IMG/VR virus record: IMGVR_UViG_3300033571_005398
Coordinates: 1 to 64,000 of that record
From: an uncultured virus (IMG/VR IMGVR_UViG_3300033571_005398)
Lineage: Duplodnaviria > Heunggongvirae > Uroviricota > Caudoviricetes
Direction: 5' to 3' (one strand)
DNA length: 64,000 bases
Shown here: piece after piece, positions 56,247 to 64,000 of the stretch
Numbering within the stretch: the first letter of the stretch is position 1
How the letters are laid out: each line of letters begins with the position of its first letter
Notes under the pieces: generated by a model
The model's database searches: none
What the model was told of the DNA's origin: nothing
The model's input: only the letters and a program-made list of their open reading frames with translations
Program-made: the position numbers and the translations under genes

Positions 56247-57586
56247 TAGAGGATTACCTCGCTTGCCCTGACTGTAAAGAAGTTGCTTTCGTAAATAACG
56301 AGACTCTCGTCAGTGAATGGGTCAATGGCACGGATTTCCCACCAAGTGCGGTTTGCAAGGTAGCGCGTTTGGTCCGCAGTAAGAGAAATCGTAAATATGT
56401 AGTTTTGGTTGGCGTTTACATCTACCGTTCCGGTAAGAGCACTCAACGCCAATACGGTAGTTGCGGTTCCCGTTACCGTGAATGTTGTAGAGGTAACTGC
56501 CGTAATCGTCCGTGTTCCGTTTACGGTTCCATCTACGTCAGTGATTACTACGGAAGTGCCAACCGTAAGATTGTGCGTGTATGGTGTTGTTAGCGTGATG
56601 TTTGTGCTGCCTGCTGTTCGAGCCGCATTTGTAATCGCAAAGTTTGGAAGGCTAGAGTTAACGTTAAGCTCAAAGCCCTGCACAATTTGCAAAGAACCTC
56701 GTTGCAAAACGATGTTTGCAACAAACGTCTTTCCTGCGTAGTTTTTGGCTGTAAGAGTAAGGTCGGTAGTGAAAGCGCGTCCTTGGTAAGCCGTGAGCTC
56801 TCCGTTTTCTGTTGGGAAAGGAATTGGCTGAGCACCATACGTAGGCAGAGACATTCTCGCACGCTGGGCAAACGACCGGTCGTCCACCTCTTGTGGCTTG
56901 TACACGGGGACATACCGGTTTGTGGTTTTGGAGATTCGACGCAAAGAAAATACGTCAATCTTGTACAGACCAACGCCGAGGTGCACACACAGGTCCCGGT
57001 ACTGCTGTTGACGAGTTTGCATCATCTCCATGAGCTGGCGGTAACGCTCGGCTCGAGGAATGGTCACGCCATCGGGAGCTTGAATGTCAATGTCAAACGC
57101 TGCATCTGTAGCTAGCGTATACAGCGCTAGGGTAGTGGCGTACACAGCCACTGGGTACTCTTCAATGGTGGGCAAGTTGCTGACTACGATTTTACGACCA
57201 ATAGCATCAACGTGCTTTGCGCTGTGCTGCTCAACGGCGTCCGTGACAAGTGTTGTAAGTTCTGCGTTTGTAAAATACCTAAAATACGTACCACTAACAA
57301 GAAACTCAACACCCGACTTCGGCACAGTCTCTCCGGAGTTAACCAGCGCGGGGTACTCTGCGTTAGTGAGTGTCACTACCAAAGCTCCGGTAGAGGCCTC
57401 TACGTACGAATCTGAAGATACGTCAATCCCGTCGGCAATCACCGTGACGCTTGCCGGGTCACACGGTGCGTAGTGCAACTGAAAGCGCCCAGTTGTTCCA
57501 TCAGAAACAAACTGGGTTGCAAAAGACTTGCCTAGGTCGCCCAGTTCTAGGCGGACCTTGCTAATCAAACCATTAATGTCAGCCAC
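56246..57586 (-). CDS. head-tail connector/virion protein
   Basis: position after capsid; KVRLELGD N-terminus. Confidence 0.55.
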   Translation of the reverse strand: MADINGLISKVRLELGDLGKSFATQFVSDGTTGRFQLHYAPCDPASVTVIADGIDVSSDSYVEASTGALVVTLTNAEYPALVNSGETVPKSGVEFLVSGTYFRYFTNAELTTLVTDAVEQHSAKHVDAIGRKIVVSNLPTIEEYPVAVYATTLALYTLATDAAFDIDIQAPDGVTIPRAERYRQLMEMMQTRQQQYRDLCVHLGVGLYKIDVFSLRRISKTTNRYVPVYKPQEVDDRSFAQRARMSLPTYGAQPIPFPTENGELTAYQGRAFTTDLTLTAKNYAGKTFVANIVLQRGSLQIVQGFELNVNSSLPNFAITNAARTAGSTNITLTTPYTHNLTVGTSVVITDVDGTVNGTRTITAVTSTTFTVTGTATTVLALSALTGTVDVNANQNYIFTISLTADQTRYLANRTWWEIRAIDPFTDESLVIYESNFFTVRASEVIL

Positions 57587-57609
57587 AAAATCTCCGTATT
57601 CCTCTGTAT

Positions 57610-57647
57610 CTATGTTCCCGGATTATGCGCGCAAATACAGGGCAAAG
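57610..57647 (-). promoter_or_regulatory. putative late promoter motif
   Basis: matches 35861-35898; lies just past a terminator. Confidence 0.45.
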
Positions 57648-57651
57648 AGAA

Positions 57652-57691
57652 GTCCCCCTGCAGGGAGGAGGGCGAGAACCTGCAGGGGGAC
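57652..57691 (-). terminator. intrinsic terminator
   Basis: 13-bp stem GTCCCCCTGCAGG/CCTGCAGGGGGAC then TTCTCTTT. Confidence 0.65.
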
Positions 57692-57703
57692 CGTTTGGTA
57701 GGA

Positions 57704-58078
57704 CTAGCCTCCGGGAGCCCAGACGTATCCGAGCTGTTCCAGATATGCTGCCAAATCTCGAGGGACGGAGTACTTTACTCCAGCCTTGAAGGTGTAGTGG
57801 TTTCCTACACCATAGGTCATTTCTTCAATATCCGTAATGGTCCGAATAATGACCTTATCGTTGTTGACCGATACGCCAACTTCTACAACCTCATCAATAA
57901 GGATGGGCTGGTCAGGCCTTTTAGGGTCGAAGACTTGAGTCTCCAACTCAATGGCCTCCTGAGCGCGGCTGATAGAAATCTCGTCTGCACGCTCTTTAAT
58001 GGCCTTTGCGTTTTGTTTAGCTGCCTTCTCGGCAGCTGCGCCCGTTGCATCCAACGGGCTGGTGGGAAGGTTTGCCAC
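57704..58078 (-). CDS. hypothetical head-associated protein
   Basis: AAGGAG SD; follows the major capsid gene. Confidence 0.65.
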   Translation of the reverse strand: MANLPTSPLDATGAAAEKAAKQNAKAIKERADEISISRAQEAIELETQVFDPKRPDQPILIDEVVEVGVSVNNDKVIIRTITDIEEMTYGVGNHYTFKAGVKYSVPRDLAAYLEQLGYVWAPGG

Positions 58079-58107
58079 GATTTCATTTCTCCTTGTATTA
58101 ATTTTGT

Positions 58108-58139
58108 GTTGGGGGGAGAGCCGAAGCCCTCCCCCCGAT
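58108..58139 (-). terminator. UUCG hairpin after capsid gene (no U tract)
   Basis: GGGGGGAGGGC-TTCG-GCTCTCCCCCC. Confidence 0.55.
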
Positions 58140-58149
58140 GAAGCAGTCG

Positions 58150-59283
58150 TTAGTTGGTGTAAGCCTTAACGATAGCTTGGTCGGTGATGACACCGAGGCC
58201 CCAGATGGAGTACCATGCGAGAGCGTGCTCACGACCGAAGTCGAGAACGCCACCGTCACGGAGCTCAACCGGAAGGCTGATGGCGTGACCAAACGCGTTG
58301 TCACCAATCATGATGGACTCGTACACGTCAGCCGTGTTACCGGTAGCCGAGGTAAGGTAACCAGCCTCAGCCGTGAAGTCAGCCGACGTAGGGTTACCAC
58401 CCTGACCGGGGGCGGTGTTCGCCTTGACCGGAACCACGCCAGCGTTAGCAGGAACGCCAACGTTGGTCGAAGTGGTGTACGTGCCGTTCGCAGCGAGCAG
58501 CTTGACCTGAGTGGTCTCGATGAACACAACGTCGTAGAGGCGACCAATCTCACCAAGCATGAAGTTACCGGGGGCGGCGTACTTCGTGACTTCAATGAAC
58601 TCCGGGTTTGAGCGGAGGTCACGCGACTGCTTGGGGTGAATGAACATGACGTAGGTCTCACCAATGCGGGGGATGTTCTTACCGGCGAGGGTAAGAGCAG
58701 CGTCCTTGATGGTACCGGTCGTCAGCTTGTGGTTACCGTCGAGGCTCGAGATACCCGTACCAACCGTACCTTCAGCGTAGGTGTTGAAGGTGGTCGATGC
58801 CGAGAAGCCAGAGCGGTCGTAACCGAAGACAGCCGAGGTGGCAGCCGACAGGGTGTTACGAGCCTGTACGTCGAGGTACTGAGCCATGTGGCGACCGAGA
58901 AGACGCGAAGCCGAAGCCATGATGTCGTCGAACGAGGCGTTCAGCAGCAGCTCGGAAACTGCAACTGCGTAGCCGTGCTCAGCAACGGTGATGGCAATCT
59001 GCTCAGCCGTCAGTGCGTTCGTGGTCATACGAACACCTTCAGTGAGGGGGGTCGGGTCAACCGAGAAGTTCTTGTAACGCAGGAAGTTCACGCGGAGACC
59101 GGGAGCAACACCAAGTTCCGTCTTCTTTACAGCGAACTGCTCGAAGCGGAGGATGGGCATTGCCTGAAACAGGATTTCCTTGGACCAGATGGTCTGGATG
59201 GCCTGCGAGAGCTGGCTGTTGGAGCCAGAGTAAGCGGTAGGAGCAGAAGCGAGCTGCCCAGAACCGGTAATGGCGGATGCCAT
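58150..59283 (-). CDS. major capsid protein (N4 gp56-like)
   Basis: LTEGV, EHGYAV, YVMFIHP.Q..DL, GEIGRLYDVVFIET; strongly biased codons. Confidence 0.9.
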   Translation of the reverse strand: MASAITGSGQLASAPTAYSGSNSQLSQAIQTIWSKEILFQAMPILRFEQFAVKKTELGVAPGLRVNFLRYKNFSVDPTPLTEGVRMTTNALTAEQIAITVAEHGYAVAVSELLLNASFDDIMASASRLLGRHMAQYLDVQARNTLSAATSAVFGYDRSGFSASTTFNTYAEGTVGTGISSLDGNHKLTTGTIKDAALTLAGKNIPRIGETYVMFIHPKQSRDLRSNPEFIEVTKYAAPGNFMLGEIGRLYDVVFIETTQVKLLAANGTYTTSTNVGVPANAGVVPVKANTAPGQGGNPTSADFTAEAGYLTSATGNTADVYESIMIGDNAFGHAISLPVELRDGGVLDFGREHALAWYSIWGLGVITDQAIVKAYTN

Positions 59284-59315
59284 AGTTTTCTCCTTAAGAG
59301 GTTAGAGGTTGTGGA

Positions 59316-60086
59316 TTAACCGAACAATCCCTGACCGCGATTTGTACCGGTAGAGCCGAGAAGCTTGTCTCGGTTTTTGGCATACTCTGCCATCGACATA
59401 TTCCGAAGTGCATCCGGAGAAGCCGTCTGGGAGTCCGAGTCATTATCGAGGGGTCCGTTTGCCGGAACGGTAATGCGTGCTCCGACCATTTCTTTCCGAG
59501 TCTGCTGTGACGCTGAGGCCACTGATTCGAAAATTCGAGTTGACTTGTCTTTCAACTGAGAAACGCTGGATTCAATTTCATCCTTGGTGTTTCCTTGAAT
59601 GAGGTCAATCAACTCAGGAATAATATTTTCGCGCTCCTGCTCAAGACGCTGCTGGCGGTAGGCCTGCAAGTCCTGATATTCACGCTCTCGCTCAAGAAGG
59701 GCAAGTGCTGCTTCACGCGCTGCGCGTTCGGCGTCAATCTGAGCTTGAAGTTCTTCTTCTTTCTTCTTAAGAAGTTCCTTCATACCCATCTCTTGCTCAG
59801 CCTCTTCAGCCTTTTTCTTGGCTGCTTCGGCCTCACGGGCGGTACGCTGTGCACGACGCTCAGCTTCCCTGCTCGCGCGTTCCTGCTCCTGCTGCTTGAG
59901 CTGAGCAAGTTCTTCCTTCATCTTCTCCATTGTGGAGTACACCTTCTGCTTTTCCTGCTCACGAGCCTTCTTGATATCTTCTGCTGTGAACTGGGCGGGG
60001 AAGGGATTCTCTTCGGGAGTCAATTCCGGGGTAATGAGCGGTGCATCGGTGGCGGGGTCGGCCGCAACCTCTGTGTTTTCATCCAT
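59316..60086 (-). CDS. capsid scaffolding protein
   Basis: E/K/R/A-rich coiled coil between portal and capsid; MSMAEYAK.R C-terminus. Confidence 0.75.
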   Translation of the reverse strand: MDENTEVAADPATDAPLITPELTPEENPFPAQFTAEDIKKAREQEKQKVYSTMEKMKEELAQLKQQEQERASREAERRAQRTAREAEAAKKKAEEAEQEMGMKELLKKKEEELQAQIDAERAAREAALALLEREREYQDLQAYRQQRLEQERENIIPELIDLIQGNTKDEIESSVSQLKDKSTRIFESVASASQQTRKEMVGARITVPANGPLDNDSDSQTASPDALRNMSMAEYAKNRDKLLGSTGTNRGQGLFG

Positions 60087-60212
60087 TATGATTCTCTTTT
60101 CATTCTCTTGGTCGTTTTCCGAATTAGTGACACATGACCTGACTGATGTAACACAAGTCAATCTACGAAAGATTAACTTGTCTTCCTAAAATCAATGATT
60201 TCAGGAAATTAT

Positions 60213-61946
60213 TTACTTGTCCCTGTCAACTGCTCGACGAGACGGAAGCTTTGTTCCGTACGCATCAGTAACAAGCTTGTTTCGGATTTCTGCTTCACCC
60301 TGAATCTCAACACCGTTAGTGTTTGTAAGTGGGTCTTGCTGCGATTCCGTAGTAGAGGGGCCGAGGATACCATCGCCCATAGTGTCGCCGTCGCCAAGCA
60401 TGGTCGGGTCCATAGGAATGGCCGTGCCATCGGGGCCAGACATCATTCCTGTCATGTCCATGATTTGCTTCTGAACCTGAAGCTTAATGAGGTTGAGTGC
60501 ACCATCGGCCTCAGCATCCTCAATAAGTTCAAGACGAATCTCTTCCAGCTTCTCTTCGGGGAATTCTTCGCCAAGAGCCCGGAGGGCGCCCTCCTTTGAC
60601 TCCAGTCCCATTCCCATCTTCTGCTGAAGTTCATTGAGTAGAACCAGCTTGTCAAGCGGTAGGGGCGGAGGAAATTGTGCGTACGTTTGATACGAAAGAG
60701 GGTCGTTTGGGTCTAGCCGGTCGAACTGGCCTTCCTTGAGGGGTCCGTCCTCGTCCGGGTTCCACAGGAATGTCTCGGGCTCTTTAACGGCAAGATTAAG
60801 CATGATAATCTCGTTAATCTTCTCAAGACCAGCACCATACTGTGCGGTCTTTTGAGACCAACGGTTCATAAGAGGCTGGTACTGGATAGACAGAGCAACA
60901 CCCGAGGTGTTAGAGATGGGCTGAACTTGACCCAGAGCGGTTTCCGGGATGTTCATCAACTCGTGCATTGAGCGCTTGAGTGTCTCCATGTACTGCATAG
61001 CACCAGACAGCCCAGCAGAACCACCTTCAAGGTTAAACACACTCGAGTCTTTGGGCAGACCTCCCCAAACCTTTTTGGCACCCTTTTCAAGATTGGACGC
61101 CTTGGCACCAATGATTACGGTAACGGGTGCCGCGTGATAGTTAATGATGTCTGCGACATCGGTAGCTATTTCGTTGTACGACCGATTAAGCGTGATGATG
61201 TCGTGGGCGTCTGCGAGTCCCCACGGTGAGCCAGCTACAGGGATATTCGGGATGTGTACAACGGGAATCTCACCAAGCGGATTAGGCCGCGAGTCAATGA
61301 GCTCGTCGTTGATGTACTCTTCAATGATGTCATCAGTCAAAATCTCCGTGTAAGTAAAAACTTGACGGGTTCCCTCAAGAGAGGTTCCCCAAAAGCGGTA
61401 CTTCTGCTTAAACCGTAGCAGACGAGTCCGGTCGTGGGGGTGAAACTCCGGGAAACAGAACGCGCTGTTCAAGGGGAGAATACGGACACGCCCGGGGTGA
61501 AACCTCCCAATAGAGTCGGTCCACGCCTCTTCGTAAGCAATCTTTACAAAGCAGTCACCAGTGATTGAACCAATCTGAGACATCTCAAACAAGATTCGCT
61601 GCTTGTCATTGTCTACTTCCCACACGCGCGCGAGACGGTCCGGAACAATCGCCTCGGTTGCCTTGGGAGAGCGGAAGTGGATTCCCTTACCAAAAGTAAA
61701 TCGAGTCAAGTAGTCAATGAATGCACGGTAGTAGTTAAACGATACCTGCATCTCTCCTTGCTCGCGGCGGTAGCCCCAGTGGTGGCCGAGGTACATTGCC
61801 CAGTTGAGCGAGTAGCGATTTAGGCGAGGCCCGTGAACCTCAAACTCTTCATCAGCAAGTTCTACAAGCCCAAGGGGCGAGATGCTGATGGTTAGGTCAG
61901 AAGATGCCGCCCTATAACTAGGCGGCGAAAAATCTGCAAATGACAT
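60213..61946 (-). CDS. portal protein
   Basis: 577 aa after terminase; GDCFVKI, IPVVHIPN, SGVAL..YQPL. Confidence 0.85.
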   Translation of the reverse strand: MSFADFSPPSYRAASSDLTISISPLGLVELADEEFEVHGPRLNRYSLNWAMYLGHHWGYRREQGEMQVSFNYYRAFIDYLTRFTFGKGIHFRSPKATEAIVPDRLARVWEVDNDKQRILFEMSQIGSITGDCFVKIAYEEAWTDSIGRFHPGRVRILPLNSAFCFPEFHPHDRTRLLRFKQKYRFWGTSLEGTRQVFTYTEILTDDIIEEYINDELIDSRPNPLGEIPVVHIPNIPVAGSPWGLADAHDIITLNRSYNEIATDVADIINYHAAPVTVIIGAKASNLEKGAKKVWGGLPKDSSVFNLEGGSAGLSGAMQYMETLKRSMHELMNIPETALGQVQPISNTSGVALSIQYQPLMNRWSQKTAQYGAGLEKINEIIMLNLAVKEPETFLWNPDEDGPLKEGQFDRLDPNDPLSYQTYAQFPPPLPLDKLVLLNELQQKMGMGLESKEGALRALGEEFPEEKLEEIRLELIEDAEADGALNLIKLQVQKQIMDMTGMMSGPDGTAIPMDPTMLGDGDTMGDGILGPSTTESQQDPLTNTNGVEIQGEAEIRNKLVTDAYGTKLPSRRAVDRDK

Positions 61947-61949
61947 TAC

Positions 61950-62252
61950 TTATCGCCCTTTTTCTTTTTGTTTGTTAACCCGCCGTGCGAGTTGTTCGCG
62001 CTTCTTCTCTTCGAAGTGCTTTTTTGCCATCTTTTCTTGACGAGTCTTTACCGACACATCCGCAAACTGACCGCCATGTTTAATGTACTGGTCGTGCACC
62101 CAGTGGCTTGCGCCCGGGGACGGGTACTTAGAAAAACGAGCTTTGGCCTGCATGATAATCATGCTCCAAAGACGCTCGTTAGTCGGAACCTTGTGTCCAC
62201 CAGAGTGGTCACCCTTGTGAACTAGGCTCCCGCGTTCGTTACGCGAATACAT
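61950..62252 (-). CDS. basic hypothetical protein
   Basis: PTNERLW...AKARF..YPS..ASHWV..Y..HGG. Confidence 0.65.
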   Translation of the reverse strand: MYSRNERGSLVHKGDHSGGHKVPTNERLWSMIIMQAKARFSKYPSPGASHWVHDQYIKHGGQFADVSVKTRQEKMAKKHFEEKKREQLARRVNKQKEKGR

Positions 62253-62271
62253 CTGCTCTCCAATCTGAGAG

Positions 62272-62320
62272 AGGCTCCACTACAACCACTGCCGTAACGA
62301 CGGGGGCTGTGGTGGAGCCT
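62272..62320 (-). terminator. hairpin, probable terminator
   Basis: AGGCTCCACCACA/TGTAGTGGAGCCT. Confidence 0.5.
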
Positions 62321-62331
62321 TTCGTCAGAGT

Positions 62332-62727
62332 CTAGTCGTTTACGACAGTCGGGTTGAGGCGCTGAGTGCGAGCACCCGAGCGAGCAACGACCTCAACAGT
62401 CTGCTCAGCGTAGTTCGAGAACGAACCGTGAGCAAACTCTCCGAGGAACGTCGGGGCCTCAATCCAAGAGCAAGAACCAACGTGAGCACGCTCGCCAAGG
62501 GTCTCAGCGGCAGGCTTCTGCCATACGGGGGCATTCCGGTTCGGACGACCGGGAGCGGAAGCAAAGCCGCTCATGATTCCCTTCTGGAAATCGGTGGGGA
62601 CATCCGTGTCAGTCGCAATACCTTCTTCGAAACGAAGAGGTCCACGACGCTCAAGGTTGCCAGCGGCCTTCATGTCGTAAGACTGAGGCGAACGCTCCGG
62701 GAAAACGGGTGCGGGTCCAATACCCAT
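62332..62727 (-). CDS. hypothetical virion-associated protein
   Basis: AAGGAG SD; RRGPLRFEEG. Confidence 0.65.
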   Translation of the reverse strand: MGIGPAPVFPERSPQSYDMKAAGNLERRGPLRFEEGIATDTDVPTDFQKGIMSGFASAPGRPNRNAPVWQKPAAETLGERAHVGSCSWIEAPTFLGEFAHGSFSNYAEQTVEVVARSGARTQRLNPTVVND

Positions 62728-62812
62728 GAGAAACTCCTTAGTATGTTGAAATGCGCATTTCAATTACAAGTCTGACAAGTTTTAGCTCCAAAGTGTTATC
62801 AAACTCTAAGTA

Positions 62813-64000
62813 TTAGAAAAATGCACTAGAACTTACCTGAACCTCTGGCATGACCAAATCGACTGTCATTGAGCAAGCAATGGCCAGTGAGTCTACGTAG
62901 TCATCGTGCGCGTACGTTTCATCTGGAGCAGCCACTGTAAAGTTTGGCCCTTTGTACTGGATTTCTGCATCAGTCATTTGCTGCGTAAACCGCTTCCAAA
63001 GTCGAAGTCGACGGGTCTTTGCATGGGCAGGAAACGACAGCATGCGGCGTTGCATTAACGCTTGGAGGTGCTTGAAGCGCTTGGACTGCTCGGACTGACT
63101 AGACGTAAGCGCAATGACTTCTGCTCGGGGCATAAGCACTTTGAGTCGTTGGGCCACGGCGTCACCGACACCGTTAGCGTCTACACCAATGGCAAGAACA
63201 TCGTAGTTACTCAAGAAGTTGACAATCTGGAAGTACTGCTCTTCCCAGTCATCGCCCTGAATCTCGAGCCAATTAAGCACGCGGTGGTCAAAGTACCCGA
63301 ACTCGTCTGGCCTATCCCAGTCGACCCAAACGACAGTCACCACGGTGGAGTCCATTTTACGGGCCGGGTCAATGCCGACAACCACGGGCGTTTTGTGCCA
63401 CATCTTTACAAGCTCTTGGCTGGTATCCCCAAGCTCATCCATGAGAGTCTGCGTAACAAACATTCCTCGTTCAAGCAGCCACTTGCAGTTGTATGACATT
63501 TGAAACTCGTCTGAGTCTTCGCCAATTCTAAGTTTCTCTTTGCTGATGAATTTGGCGTAGTTTTCGTTTACTTTAGCAACGTCTTTCCAGTCCCACTGAA
63601 AGTGGTTCTGTCGTGCCCCTCGGCCAGTAGCTCGGCGTTTATTTAGCTGAATGGCCCTGTAGAAGTTGTTTTTGCTTGTAGTTGGGGTACCGGTCTTAAT
63701 CATGGTTCCGGCGTAGTACGCCAGCATGGGAGAAATTGACTTAGATACCGTAAAGTCGTCGGCCTCTTGACACTCGTCAATAACAACAACGTGAAACGAC
63801 TTAGACTCAATCTTGGCGCGAGGGTTGGCCGTCATCATGGTCAGTGTGGACCCAGAACGCTGTAGCCTAATCATTTTGGTAACGCCACCAACACGTTTGG
63901 CAGAGTCGTCAATCTCTGGGTCGCCAAGAATCTCAATAGCACGCTCTGAGGTAAGCCGCGTAACGGTTCGACTGAACAGGGTTTCTGCCTGTGACTCTGT
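62813..64000 (-). CDS. terL: terminase large subunit (5'-truncated by window edge)
   Basis: VVIDECQ, TGTP, VVGIDPA..DST, HDDYVDSLA; frame open to 64000. Confidence 0.9.
   Translation of the reverse strand, partial: TESQAETLFSRTVTRLTSERAIEILGDPEIDDSAKRVGGVTKMIRLQRSGSTLTMMTANPRAKIESKSFHVVVIDECQEADDFTVSKSISPMLAYYAGTMIKTGTPTTSKNNFYRAIQLNKRRATGRGARQNHFQWDWKDVAKVNENYAKFISKEKLRIGEDSDEFQMSYNCKWLLERGMFVTQTLMDELGDTSQELVKMWHKTPVVVGIDPARKMDSTVVTVVWVDWDRPDEFGYFDHRVLNWLEIQGDDWEEQYFQIVNFLSNYDVLAIGVDANGVGDAVAQRLKVLMPRAEVIALTSSQSEQSKRFKHLQALMQRRMLSFPAHAKTRRLRLWKRFTQQMTDAEIQYKGPNFTVAAPDETYAHDDYVDSLAIACSMTVDLVMPEVQVSSSAFF

Overview
About 64 kb of a tailed dsDNA phage with a contractile tail (myovirus), very probably infecting an actinobacterium (two WhiB genes, an MSMEG_6728/DenV-like gene, leaderless-looking starts). 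Bases 1-5964 (+) are an early/accessory arm of small ORFs ending in DenV-like, HicA-like, WhiB, an excisionase-like HTH and an intact tyrosine integrase. From 6016 to 64000 everything is on the - strand. Read in transcription order these genes are: terminase (partial), portal, scaffold, major capsid, head/neck proteins, small basic proteins, sheath, tube, chaperone with a probable +1 frameshift, tape measure with M23 peptidase, baseplate, a collagen-bearing spike, a GT2 glycosyltransferase, a full replication module (initiator with an internal origin, DnaC-like loader, DnaB, primase, SNF2 helicase, SSB, PolA), recombination genes (RecA, Cas4-like exonuclease, three resolvase types), SpoVS, and a block of poorly characterised enzymes (NTase, HAD-like, TGT/DpdA-like, glycosylase-like, zincin-like). 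The most striking unexplained feature is a four-copy, covarying tRNA-like mini-element (acceptor-like stem plus T-arm, no anticodon arm). It sits between a stop codon and a hairpin+SD in the early arm, which suggests tRNA-style punctuation or processing of the early transcript. All product calls come from motifs and gene order read by eye; no database search was run.
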